Source of the DNA: Squalus acanthias
Taxonomy: Eukaryota
Direction: 5' to 3'
Assembly (NCBI GenBank): GCA_030390025.1
Contig: CM059433.1
Location: forward strand, 30,010,001-30,074,000
DNA: 64,000 nt
Shown here: positions 47,751 through 60,535 of the stretch, one piece after another
Numbering within the stretch: position 1 is the first letter of the stretch
How the letters are laid out: every line of letters begins with the position of its first letter
The notes under the pieces: generated by a model
Seen by the model: only the letters and a program-made list of their open reading frames with translations
What the model was told of the DNA's origin: nothing
The model's database searches: none
Program-made: the position numbers and the translations under genes

Positions 47751-50700
47751 CATGCCTTGTCCACCCCTGTCACCCGGCAAGCTGTGGGTGTCCTCAGCGG
47801 GGCAGCGAACCCCCCAAAGGCACAAGAAGATCCCAGGGTGGGAGCCGGGCTCAGCCCGTCAGGATCCCCCCCCCCCCACCATTGTGGGCCAGAGACTCCA
47901 TCTGTTTTCCTTTAGTCGCCTTACTGTCTGTGATCTTGCTGTGCGCAGATTGGCAACCAGCTTCCCCTATATTAACCACAGTGGAGATTTTAATATTGGT
48001 CGCTGGGGCTCTTTCCTCTCTTCCCCCCCCCCCCCCCCCCCCACAAACATTGTGGATGTGAATCAGAGACTTGCCTGTTTTCCTTTGGTCATTATCACAT
48101 TGCTGTTTGTGGGAGCTTGCTGTGTTTCCTACATTACAACCGTGACTACACTTCAAAAGGTGCTTTATTGGTTGTATTATGCTTTGGGATGTCCCGAGGT
48201 CATGAAAGGTGCTTTACGAATGCAAGTTCTTTCTTTGGGAGTATGGCTACTTTTCTCTGCTGCTTTGAAAGTTTAGGATGAGGTTTGCAGGTTGTGGAAG
48301 CGAAGGATTCAGTGTTTTGGAGATAAACCCCAACCAAAAGCTTCACGCAACATGTAAAATCACATGGCGGCAGTGAGATTAAATATGCAGTTAATGTCTG
48401 TTACAGTCTGTAGCTAAGCTCCTTGAGTGGAGATTTTAAAATTGACCCCTCAGGCCCTCACTAGCTTAGTTTGAACTGGATCGTTTTGATTAAACATTGC
48501 AACGGTGCTTTATTTCCTGAACTAGTTTGTGAGAGACTCGGTAAGTGATGTCGAGCGAGTCTATTTGACAGTTTTGAAAGCTTTGTTTGAATTTAGCTGC
48601 TGTAAGAAAATAAAACCCGCCCAAGTCCATGCACCTGTTGCTCTCAAGTCATGGTATTAAGCTGGCTGTCTATTGTGGCTTATGCCAGCTGGAGCTCTTT
48701 TATAATTGTCTGAGAGCTGTAGAGGAGAGCCAGAAAGGAAGATTCCTTTTAAGTTTAGCTGAATGATTCTTCTGGACATATCGACCAATATTATTGCACT
48801 GGTTTCAAATTAATCACTTAGGTCACTTTTAGGAAATTAGTTTTTGTGGAGTTGTAACTATTTTGTCAAAGCAGCTTTGCATATGAAATGTACACTGATT
48901 CTGCAGTAATGACAGCTACAGGCTTGAGGGAACCTGCAGCTGTGTGCAGGATGAGTGAATTTATCTATGGAGTTGTAAGGGTTAATCTCTGCCACAGATG
49001 GCAAATCATAACTTCCTACTGATCTGAATCTTTCCATCTGTTTGAATTCTAAAAGATATATTCTTCTGCTGGTCCTGCGTCATTGGAACATTTTGTTTTT
49101 TGAACCGGTGACAAAAATTGAGCATGCCACAAATCTGCATCTTGGGCATGAATGTTTTAAAACTATTTAAAACTACGCTGTTAAATGCTGCAACTGAACA
49201 TCTTTATCCTCCAGTTCTAAACTTTTCCCTGTTGTTTCTGTTGCCACACTGCACTATGCAAGATTTTCAAACTAACATAGGTTTAGGATTAGAATATGCA
49301 TGCAACCTCCTAATTACAGTTAGTTTTGTCAAGTTGGAAATTTGGCAAATTATCAGACACCTAAAAGCATAAAGTTATTCTGTTGGGTTGTTGCCCTTAA
49401 GGTTTAGGTGATGAATGCTGTTGTGGTATTGAGCCATACAGACTAAGAAGGTGGAGGCTGGTGTCTATTGAGTGGTTGCTTGGGTGAGGTACTAGTATCC
49501 ATGGTGCAAGCATTAAATGTAATTTGGAGAGAGGGGCAGAGTGAGAGGAGGATTTGTAGGTGAGGGGCTGATCTTGATGGCTGAACCATCAAAACCAGGA
49601 AGATCTCCAGATCCATCCTGAGCCTGTTGGCTGATTTTTCAACTGGTGTGGCAATTGGCTTCCTAACCCCAGGTTAGTAAGGGAAGGCTTCTTGATGGAT
49701 ACGTAGCAGCTGCTGTTGGATATGGGCATCTGTACCTGCTGATAGAATCAGGCTTGGTTGTGATGCACCTCTGATAACATAGGCTGCTGATGCATACTGT
49801 TGAAGTGAATCCATGTGGAAATGTAATGCAACAAGGATTCAGTGGGGGTGGAATTGGTCTTGGGTGGTAGTGCAAAATGGGCGTTTGTGAATCGGCAGCT
49901 CGTTTTATATCCTGGAAGTTACGGAAAAGAAAATCGGGTGAGATGTAAAATGGGTTATTATTCTGTCCCAATTTCACCCCAGTATTTGTGGGGGTGGGTG
50001 GTGGGGAAGGGGGCAGGAGACAAACCTTAAGGCAGCAATGGTCTTCTGAGGCTTGTTCTAAAAGTGGCTCCTGTATGAATGTCCTAAATTAGGGAAACCA
50101 GGTTAGTTAGCTTTAATAAGGACTGGTGTTTGGAATCTTTTGTACTGCCCTGTCAGGCCAGTAGAGACTCTGTGTACTTTCAGATCTCTGACCAAGGTGT
50201 ACCTTTTGAATTCCCCTGTGACGCACAACTTGCAAGAAATATTTATTCATGAAGGTTATGTTTGAGCTCCAGTGGTTTCAAAGTGGGAAGTGACGCAAAG
50301 TGACTTGATACAGACACAGCAATAGGAATATGGATTTGCATAATTGATTTTGTGAGCATCTCTACTGATGACCTTTCAAGTTTATCTGATTAGACTTTGG
50401 GTAGAGTCCCCTTGTAAAGGAAAAGCCTGTCCCGCAAGAGGAGTCTGGGATTTAAAAAAAAAAATCTAGTGCAAACACCCCCTAATCCTCTTGATTATGT
50501 ATTAGTTTTGATTAATGCTGATTTTAAACCAGACCTGTGCTTGATTCTAGTTGCATATGTGCAAACATAAGTAGTTGCCAGTACTGTCTCCAGATTTACT
50601 TAGTAAAAAGAATTGCATACATGATTTCCACTCTTTCCCACAGCATGGTCTGGTAACAGGTGAGGGCTTAAGTGCAGGGAATGGGACAGACTCAGTCAAG

Positions 50701-53332
50701 AGCCCTGTCTGCCACAGTAGAGAATCCTTGACTGTTCCTCCTTGCAAGCTGTTCATCTGTAATATGAGTGTTCTGGTGTTGGGATAGGCCTGAAATGCTA
50801 ACAACTTCTATTTATATAGCACCTTTAATGTAGTAAAATGTCCCAAGCTACTTCACAGGAGTGTTAAAACAAAATTTGAGACCAAGCCACCCAAGGAGAT
50901 ATTAGGACAGGTAACCAATAGCTTAGTCAGAGCTAGGTTTTGAGGAGTGTCTTGAAGAGCGAGGTAGAGGCGGAGAGATTTAGGGAGGGAATTCCAGAGC
51001 TTAGGGCCTAGACAGCTGAAGGCACAGCTGCCAATAGTGGAATGATGAAAATTGGAGGAGCAGAGATCTCAGAAGGTTGTAGGGAGGGGGGAATAGAGGG
51101 ATTTGAACACGGGGGTGAGAATTTTAAAATCGAGGCATTGAGACTGGGAGCCAATGTAGGTCAGTGAGCACAAGGGTGATGGGTGGACAAGACTTAAAGG
51201 GCATCAGAGGGACAAGGATTTGGGTGAGCTCAAATTTACGGGAGGTGCACAGTGGGAGGCTGGCCAGGAGAGCATTGGAATATTCGAGTCCGGAGGTAAC
51301 AACGGCATGGATGGAGGTTTTGCCAGTACCACTGTTTTAAACAAGCCACTTCTCTCTAGAGGCTCTACCTACATTGCTGAGATTCCAACATTTGCTGACT
51401 TTTGTTCCACTCCTCCAGCTTTTACTGCCTGCTCCTGGTCTGACTCATCCTGCCACTACTCCTGCTAATTACCCTGTTGGCTGGAGGCCTTTGGGCCCAC
51501 CCTGCATGTTCTAGATGCTCACTGGCCCAGAACCTGCTCACTGCTTTTCTTCCCACCCCCTCCACTATGCTCATATGAACACAGAAATTGCTAGATGAAA
51601 AAAGACCAAGGTCCATCTAGTTGTCCTTCTAACATCCTGATAGTTGCATGATAGTGGTGGAAAGCTTTGGAAACTATAGGTCCAAAGCCACCTTTTTCCT
51701 CCCAAACATCCTACACTTGCCACATGTCATGTCTCAAATTACTCTATCCCAAAATGTTGTTTTCTGAAAGAAATCTGTCTAATTTACATTTGAATTAATC
51801 AATACAAAGTGCTTCCACTGTCCCTAGGGAGTCTGTTCCATAGATTGACCACTCGCTCACTGAAATATTGTTTCCACAGCCTGTTGTCTCAGTTGGCAGC
51901 CCCTATGCAGCCAGCATTTCCTAATCTTCCAATTCCCTCACCACACACACAAATTGGCAGCTGGCCATCTGCATCCCAGCACCATCACTTCCATGCTCAT
52001 AATTCTCCTGCACCTCTCCTTTTGCTTATATTTATATTCTATCTCCTGCTATGCTGCCATACCATCTCATCCAAGTGCCAGTGTAACTTGTATTGTGTAG
52101 ATATTGCATATATCTTATTGTGCCCTTTGCCTCCAGACCCATGTGGCTGCAGCTCTTAATTTTATTTATCTGCACCCTGTGCCTGTCCAGTACCACCATA
52201 TGTTCATATTTCTATTATTGTGACCTACACTTTGGGCTCATCCAAATGCCTGTAAAAATGTGTTAAATATATTCAATTGACCATGGCAATTTAATTATGC
52301 GAGTGCAAAATTACTTTCCAGCCATTCATCATAGTTGTAAATGGTCATTTCATTGGGTGGGTTGCATCACTGATAAGTACTCTGCAGCTCAACTCAAAAT
52401 GGGATACCAGTGGTAATTAGGGTGTACTGAACACATTATGCTGTTTAACAGACTGGAAAAGATTGCAGTTGCAGCTTAAACATTTAATTATTGATACAGT
52501 AACAATCACCTTATCCTGTGAGTTGTAAGATTTGTTTAGCTGTTGTATAAGCTGGTGACTTTTTATTCCCCTATCGTATCTTTGGGTAAATTGAGCTTTA
52601 TTTTCACTTCTATTTGTAAAGTTGCAACCATCCCTTAGATTTGGTTTGGATAAATATGCATTGCTTCTGGCACAACAGAAATGTAGGGCCTATGCTGTTA
52701 CAGAATGGTGAACCTGGTGAGAATCTTCTGAAATGTACAGGATTCTACCTCTGGTGAAAATGATGCCCATTTTGTACATGCTGTTCAGCAATTGTGTTGG
52801 AGCTAATCTAAAGTAAAGCTAGATGCTTCCCTAAATGTCTGTAGTCAAGTGCAAGTGATTTTGTTGAGTTTATATTTTATCCTTCAACCAATACCTTATC
52901 TATGCCCAAGATTTGCCTGAAATCCCTACAAGTTAGAGCTTAATTTAATGTGGAAAGTTGTCAAATCTTGAAGTCTAGTACATCATATTGGGGTGTCACT
53001 GAGAGTAAACAGCAGTTAACATGGATTCAGACCAATCTTTCTGGCTTCTAAATTATTTAGATAATCTAATTTACACCTGAATCCATTATTTTGCATAGGA
53101 TTGAAGTCAGTCGCTTGTCTGATTTGTCGACCTGTTTGAATACAGGCTCCATGTTGGCCTGATTGCAGTCTATTGGTACCTCTCCAGTGTACTCCCTCAA
53201 TGACTTTCAAATCTACGCCCTACTGTTTGAGCCCCGTAGGCCTATCGGGCTTTCATCTTGCTTGTTTCAAAGTCATACCTTTGCCTGGGGAGAACATGTT
53301 ATTCAGGCCTTTCCTGTGACTACTTGGAGGAA

Positions 53333-54023
53333 CCATCATTACACGTGAGGACACTACCCACCAGGTACACGGTACATACTCATGTGACTCGGCCAACGTT
53401 GTCTACCTGATACGTTGCAGTAAAGGATGCTCCAGAGCATGGTACATCGGCGAGACCATGCAGACACTGAGACAACGTATGAACGGACACCGCGCAACAA
53501 TCGCCAGGCAGGAGGGTTGCCTCCCAGTCGGGGAACACTTCAGCAGCCAGGGGCATTCAGCCTCGGATCTGCGGGTAAGCGTTCTCCAAGGCGGCCTTCG
53601 AGATACACGACAGCGCAAAATCATAGAGCAGAAACTGATAGCCAAGTTCCGCACTCATGAGGATGGCCTCAATCGCGATATCGGGTTCATGTCACGATAC
53701 AGAACGTGACTTGACATCATGGCTGGTCTTCCCAGGTGTTTTTTTTTTTTTGTTTGTTTTTTTAAAAAACACAAGAACACAAATTGACAGGATATGCAGC
53801 CAGCAGGTGGTTTGACACGCTGGACCCCCTGGGACACATCTCATTGTCTTGGCTGTGCTCTTTGTTGTAGCGAATAATGTGAATAGATTTTGTCTGGGTT
53901 TAAATTGTGAATTCTGGGAGATTCTCTCATTGCTAACTTACCTGACGAAGGAGCGATAGCTCCGAAAGCTTGTAAAATTAAATAAATCTGTTGGACTATA
54001 ACCTGGTGTTGTGCGACTTCTCA
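53333..54023 (+). mobile_element. 5'-truncated Penelope-like element: GIY-YIG endonuclease C-terminus plus pseudo-LTR, in PTP4A intron 1
   Basis: Open frame 53332-53709 encodes SCDSANVVYLIRC..WYIGETMQTLRQRMNGHR..GLN. A 12-bp TSD, TACTTGGAGGAA, is at 53321-53332 and 54024-54035. Confidence 0.9.
53938..53975 (+). ncRNA. Minimal type-I hammerhead ribozyme motif in the Penelope pseudo-LTR
   Basis: TTAC-CTGACGA-A-GGAGC-GATA-GCTCC-GAAA-GCTT-GTAA: core CUGANGA and GAAA, stem II, stem I UUAC/GUAA, and a palindromic AAGCUU at stem III. Confidence 0.65.
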
Positions 54024-54595
54024 TACTTGGAGGAAGTACTTGTTCAGGGTGTTTATTGTGTACTTGTCCTGTTTCGAGCCTTTTTGCAACTATCTTGCCT
54101 CTTGCCCCCTTCTCTTTTTGTATGTTATATTCACCATTGGACCCTATCCACTTTCTCCCTGCAGCATTTAGAGGCTATTTTCTTAAAAAAAAAATTTAGT
54201 TGCACCTGTTTTAATCCTGAGTGTTTTAGATATGTATTTATGCATTATGCTCACCATTATACTTTCAAAGGTGATCCACTTGTTCTCTACTTGTGTTGAG
54301 CAGCCTGCCCCAATCAGTTTGCTAATTTCAAACATTTCTATGAAATTAGCTCTTTTAAAGTTAAAATAGTTGGCCCCTAGTATTTGAATCTCAATCATGT
54401 TGCATTTCATCACTCTGCTCACTGTTGGCCCAGGGTACTACTGTACTTCTGTACATAGTCTTGGTAATTTATAAATACAAGTTTGATACGAGCACTACCT
54501 CAGCTCTGGCACACTGGGTCATGAAGCAGCCATGCCTTCCATTTGGATTTCCCAATTTGTTAGTCAACCATTAAATAACTTTCCTGGTCCCTTGT

Positions 54596-55027
54596 AACAC
54601 GGTGGCATAGTGGTTAGCACTGGTGCCTCACAGCGCCAGAGACCCGGGTTCGAATCTGACCTCGGGTGACTGTCTGTGTGGAGTTTGCACATTCTCCCCG
54701 TGTCTGCGTGGGTTTCCTCCGGGTGCTCCGGTTTCCTCCCACAGTCCAAAAATGTGTGGGTTAGGTTGATTTGGCTATGATAAATTGACCCTTAGTGTTA
54801 GGGGGGATTAAATATGTGGGGTTATGGGGATAGGATGGGATATGTTAGGGGGAATTAAATACGTGGGGTTACGGGGGTAGGGTGGGATATGTGTACTGTG
54901 GGGATTAAAGCAGGGATAGGGTACTGGATTTGGATGATCAGCCATGATCGTATTGAATGGCGGAGCAGGCTCGACGGGCCGAATGGCCTACTCCTGCTCC
55001 TAGATTCTATGTTTCTATGTTTCTATG
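54596..55027 (+). mobile_element. HE1-type V-SINE, near-identical to the 5190 copy
   Basis: Same head, V domain and tail with few differences, suggesting a young subfamily. Confidence 0.88.
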
Positions 55028-57212
55028 TTTGTACTCTTCCTATCTCTTCAAAGAGCAAAATTTCTTCCTCATGACCTGGTGGTCTATAGCATAATTTGTG
55101 TATTGGCCATGTCTAACCAGAGTGAAAAGAAAGACTTGTATTTATATAGTGCCTTTCACAACCTCAGGGCATCCCAAAGTGCTTTACAGGCAGTAAAATA
55201 CTTTTGAAGTGTTGTCACTGTTATAATGTAGGAAAAGCAGCTGCCACTTTGCACACAGCAAGGTCTCAACAAACAGCAATGTGATAACCAGATCATCTCT
55301 TTTTTTTTAGTGGTGATGCTTGAGTGATAAATGTTGGCCAGGACACTGGGGAGAACTCCCCTGCTCTTTGAATAGCACCATGAGATCTTTTACATCCACC
55401 TGAGAGGGCAGTCAGGGCCTTGGTTTAATGTCTCATCCAAAAAAAAACCTTCAGTACTGCACTGGGAGTGTCAACCTAGATTTTGTGCTCGGGTCTGTGG
55501 CGCGGGACTTGAATCTGCAGCTTCTGACGCCAAGGTGAGAATGCTACCACTGAGCTAAGGTTGAAGTTCATTGTGTAGCTTTCAATCTCCTGCAGGAACA
55601 ACTACACTTACCTATCCGGTGTCACTGACCTATGTAGCTACATTGCCTCCTTTTCTGTCAGTCCAAAGTGTACCCAGTGCTCGAGTCACCATTTTATTAA
55701 TGACTTTTGAATTACATTGCTTCCCTAACAGTCTTGTAAGTTTCTGTTTATAGCCCAGAAAGCAGCCAGTTAGCCTATTCTAGTTGTGCTAGACTAGTAC
55801 TTGGGGTATGCTGGAGCTGCCATCCATTTATCAAATGAGACACTAAACAGAGGTGCCATTTGTCTCTGGTGGTTCAAGTAGAAATTTAAATAACACTCAG
55901 TACTATTCAAAGAACAGAATTCATTTTGGTATACTGGCCATTATTTTTCCCTCCACCAATGCCACTAAAGTTTATTGGTTATCCATCTCACTGTTATTTG
56001 GCAACATTTGCCTGTGTTTGTAAGTACTTCATTGCATATGAAGCACTTTTTTTCTGAAAGGTGCTTTTGAGTTTTTAAAAAGCTTTTTTAGTCTTGATGT
56101 GATGCAACCAGATGTAACTGGGCAGTGCTGTATTGATATCCAATGAGCATTAAATTCCCTGTGTAGCTTTAGCAGTGCTGACCTTTGCAATCATGCTTGC
56201 ATTAACAAACATGGTGCAAATACTGAAATGCTAGAACTGTTGAGGCTAAATACATCCTGTACATGGACTGTTTCTAATGCTAGGTGATGCATAGCTACAT
56301 AGTTCTTCTGGAAAACTAGTTAGATCCAGTTATTGCTCCACTACCCATAAGATGCTGTTTCTAGATAAAATTTGTGTCTGAATTTCTTCCCTTGTCACTA
56401 CACAATGAAGATTTTTAAAAGGAAAGTAGATTGGAAGGAAGTAAACTTTGTAATGGCAGTGTCTAAACTACACAGCAGATTATATATGCAGAGTTGCATT
56501 CCATTGATTCCTGTCTGCCTACTAATCCATATTCCAGCATCTCGTTGCCAGAGGAACAAACATTGTTATTGTGTGTGTGGGTTCTGACTGGCCACTTGCA
56601 TGGAATTCAAATGTGCTATATTAAATTGAAAATATATGCTCCTGAACATTGAAAACTAAGCCTGTTTTTTTTTTATGGGGAATGACAGTTCATGGGTTTG
56701 CATTTTGAAGTCTTGTTAATTCTTGCTTGTGGGATACTGGAAAGCCACAGGTGGTAATGGTGTATGTTTGAGGCTGGTGAGAGAAAACTGCAATAAGCAA
56801 GAGTCTCAAGTAAATATCGCAACGAAAAAAATATATATATTTTCACTAACACTAGATGTTCCTGACTGGTTATTTGACTTTGGATTTGAAGTGGTATTTC
56901 TGGTACTGGAATTATCACTGACCATCCATCATTTTTCTTGGTACTCTGATGCCACTGTAGGTGGTGTAGCCTGAGCAGATGCTGACATATGGCAGTCAGT
57001 CCAGTGTCTCCAACGCCAGTGTTTGGCTTGCAGCTCCTGAGCTCTTGACTTTTTTAATTGCAAGTTGATGCATTTTTGAGGCATCTGGCTCACTGGTCTT
57101 TGCTTTTTTTTAAACTGAACAATTTTCACCTTTGGCAAGAGAAAGAAATTAATAGTGAAGAGCACAATGTTCCAGAAGATGTTCTATTTAATACTTCTGT
57201 TCTTTATTGCAG

Positions 57213-57308
57213 CAGTTCTGTGGTGTTCTAGGTCACACATTTATGGAGTTTCTGAAGGGCAGTGGAGACTACTGCCAAGCACAGCACGACGTCTATGCAG
57301 ACAAGTGA
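57213..57308 (+). CDS. uORF part 2 (QFCGVLGHTFMEFLKGSGDYCQAQHDVYADK*) in the 5'UTR of PTP4A exon 2
   Basis: Acceptor ttctgttctttattgcag| precedes a frame that continues part 1. There is an internal in-frame ATG at 57243 and stop TGA at 57306-57308. Confidence 0.85.
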   Translation, partial: QFCGVLGHTFMEFLKGSGDYCQAQHDVYADK

Positions 57309-57615
57309 ACTGTAGAAGTCTATTGCTATTCCACTTAAGAAACCCCTCGAGAGCAGATTACCAGCAGCTGGGAGTAATAGAGGACTTGATTCATCGAAGA
57401 TCGTATCTGGATGGGGTAACCAAGTGGGCTGTTTGTTGGTCACAGTATTACTGGATTGAAGATTTGCTGCTTGTCAAGAGCTTCATCAAAAGCCTTCGTA
57501 CGTGTAAACACTCCGTTGTCAGTGGAATTTGACACAACAACTAAACCTTTTATTTTCAGCTTTTTGCGGGACAGTTCTTTTTCACTTTTTAAGATTTGTG
57601 CATTTTTATAAGAAA

Positions 57616-57720
57616 ATGGCTCGAATGAATCGCCCAGCGCCTGTGGAAATTACCTACAAGAACATGAGATTCCTGATCACACACAACCCTACCAATGCAA
57701 CCTTAAATAAGTTCATAGAG
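57616..57720 (+). CDS. PTP4A1: PRL phosphatase (protein tyrosine phosphatase type IVA), first coding segment (exon 2)
   Basis: ATG in strong context (AAAATGG) encodes [35 protein letters not shown], followed by donor GAG|gtgaga. The N-terminus is typical of PRL-1. Family assignment is secure; PTP4A1 versus PTP4A2 is less certain. Confidence 0.93.
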
Positions 57721-57830
57721 GTGAGAGCCCACTTTAAAGGGGTTAAACATTTGACATTTATTGGAGTTTAGCATTTTGATAGCTTTGAGTTGGATGGTGT
57801 CATTATAAATGCACTCCTTGGGACCCCCTC

Positions 57831-58775
57831 TAGTTGAGACCAGCAATTCTGCACAATTAATTTCTACCACTGTAGTCCAACAACTTGCATTTGTATAGAA
57901 CATTTAATGTAGAAAACTGTCTACGTGTTCTAGAGGGGGAGGAAAAAATAAGGTACTGGAATAAAGGAATGGTTGTGGAGCCATAATCTGAGTTGAGCAA
58001 AAGTTTGGTTGAAAAAATGGGTCTTGACGGTTTTTAAAGTAGAGAAGTGGCAGAGCTAGTGCGGTTTAGGGAGGGAGTTCCAGAGCTGAGGCAACTGAAG
58101 GTTGTCACCAATTGGACAGAAGGAGAGGGGACACAGCCTGAGGATGGAAGGGTGGTTAGAACATTTGAAGATGAGTGACAATTTTAATTCAGCATGTTGA
58201 GGATTGTGGCAGATGGGGCTAGAGTGAGGCTGAGATACAGACAGCTGAGTTTTTCCAACACTGATTTTATGGAGCAAGTAAGATATTAAAAACAAGTCTA
58301 AAGATGACAAAATAATCAGGGTTTTGGTGGCAATGGGGTTGACAACTGCAGACAAGTGATGTATAGGATGTGGGGTTTGAAGCTTGGCTATGATTGAATC
58401 GAACACCAAGGTTTTACATGGCCTGATTTTACCTGGACACATTAGGAATTTACCAATTATACTTTAGCACCACAGTTTCACATTAGGTAGTTTATATCCA
58501 GTGGCACTGCTCATCGGCAAAAATTCCTGTAACTAGTGCTCAAATTTATTTTTTCCTCCTACCTGTCATCTAACTTTTATTTAAGTATATCCATGTTTGT
58601 CTTTCTCCCTTCTGCATTTTTGTTGTCCCTTCTGTCACACTTCTCCCCCACTGGTCCCACAGAGGACCAACCTAACTTGGTTACAATGTGGGGTGAGGGG
58701 GTTTGAGGCTGGAATTGTTAGTGTTGCACTACATCTGGGGCCATAGTCCTAACTGCTCCTCAGTGTCAGATCTCC
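57831..58775 (+). repeat. Intronic duplication, copy A (intron 2)
   Basis: Colinear similarity with 61919-63105, including sequence flanking a decayed L2. Confidence 0.85.
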
Positions 58776-59897
58776 ATCAAGGACCCCCTCTAACTTCTGA
58801 GGCTCTGCTAACCAAAGCAGAAACCATACATATTGCCAAAAGTCTCTACAGAAACATACTCATGTTAACAAATCAAACCAGTAAAATATCAAAACCCAGT
58901 GTGCTTGTAGCACTCTGACCCCTTCCCTTCCCCTGTGCACATGCTCTCCTTCCATCTGTTCACCTGGTTTTGTTTCTTTGTCTCCATTTTGCCTGCTGAG
59001 ATCCTTTTGTTCAAATTGGCCTCCACCACAGCTGGTTGAAGCAAGTATTTGTGGGGGGACTTGGAGCAGATTTCTTGGCAGTTGAACACTTGCTAACTGC
59101 AGAATACCACTTCTAGTTGACTGCTTCTGATTGCATTTTCTCACTCTGGGTTGGGCAGCTGGGGCTCTGCAGCAGCCGGCTGTCAAAAGCCAGGTGGAAG
59201 AGTGGATAAAGGCTTCCCTGAAACCTGAGCCCAATGATAAATGCTGATTGGTAAAAGAAGCTAGCTCTGAAATACCTTTTTATACAGCCTACATTACTCA
59301 TGCATTTTAGGCTACTTTGGGCAGAAATTTGAAACCTGTGATTTAGCTCACTAATTTGTACTAAGAAAACTCTAAATAGCGTTTGATTAAGCCCCTCTGG
59401 ACCCTATAGTTTTACCTGGTTGTGCAGCTGGCTACCTTTTTTGTAAGTTTTTTTCTTTAGTAAATCTTTCCCTTGCCCCAAGTACCTATGTTAACTGACA
59501 CCTTTTTGCCAATTTTCAGATTACTTTCATAAGGCCTTTGTACCTCTCCTGGTCATCTAATTAAACAATATTCATGTTTTGAGTCTCTGATTCAGTTTGT
59601 CTTGTTTACTTTTACTGTAAACAGTGGGTCTAAAGTTTTATACAACACAATAGGTGCAAACATTTATGACTAATGCCAAATTTAACCTTTGAAAAGGGTG
59701 CCTGGGTCAGGGGATGGGGAAGAGACAAATGGGGCAAACATTTGTTCAGTTCGGCATTGTGTATTAATGCAATACAAGTGTCTGTCTAAAATGTGAACTG
59801 AAATGAAATGGCTAGACCAGGGAGCATGTTGTCTCCCTAGGTCTGATGACTAAAGGATAAACAAGAGTTTGAAAGCTTAAATTCTAGACTTGATTAC

Positions 59898-60310
59898 AGT
59901 TACATGGATAGACTGGGGATGTTCTCCTGAGAGCAGAGAAGACTAAGAGGAGATTTGATAGAGGTGTTCAAAATCATAAAGGGTTTAGATAGAGTAAATA
60001 AAGAAAAACTTTATGGCTGAAGGGTCGGTAACCAGAGGGCACAGATTTAAGGTGATTGGCAAAAGAACCAGAGGTGACATGAGGAAAAACTTTTTTATGC
60101 AACAAGTAGTTAGGATTTGGAATGCACTGCCTGAGGGTGGTGGAGACAGAGTCTTCAAAAGGGAATCAGATAAATTCTTGGAGAAAAAAATTGCAGGGAT
60201 ATGGGGAAAGAGCGGGGGAGTGGGACTAACTGGATTGCTTTTGGAAGAGCCAGCGCAGACACGATGGGCTGAATGGCCTCCTGTGTTGTACTATTCTATG
60301 ATTCTTCTAT
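59898..60310 (+). mobile_element. CR1 3' fragment in PTP4A intron 2
   Basis: Encodes TRGHRFKVIGKRTRGDMRKNFF, followed by a (TTCTATG) tail. Confidence 0.8.
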
Positions 60311-60442
60311 GGTATAGTTCCAAAATCCAGTTTGTGCCCTAAATCTTAAGACTTTAGATAAAAGTGCAAATACTAAAACATTGTGTACTTGTTACCTACG
60401 ATTCCAGCGTATGCCTACTTACCGTATTAACTGATTTTTCAG

Positions 60443-60535
60443 GAGTTGAAGAAGTACAGTGTTACCACAGTAGTTAGAGTATGTGAAGCAACCTATGATA
60501 GATCTCCAGTTGAAAAAGAAGGCATTCAGTTTTTG
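60443..60535 (+). CDS. PTP4A1: PRL phosphatase coding exon 3
   Basis: Acceptor tttttcag| and donor |gtaagt flank 93 nt encoding [31 protein letters not shown], which includes redox Cys49. Phase 0-0. Confidence 0.95.

Noticed and set aside
46873..48276. Cluster of overlapping 60-174-aa ORFs
   Set aside because: These result from stop-codon scarcity in the CpG island. Only the MSKHIP codons are supported, by a splice donor and frame continuity.
57155..57532. 125-aa ORF over the PTP4A 5'UTR
   Set aside because: It starts in the intron at a non-ATG codon, is in a different frame from the supported uORF, and has no recognisable homology.
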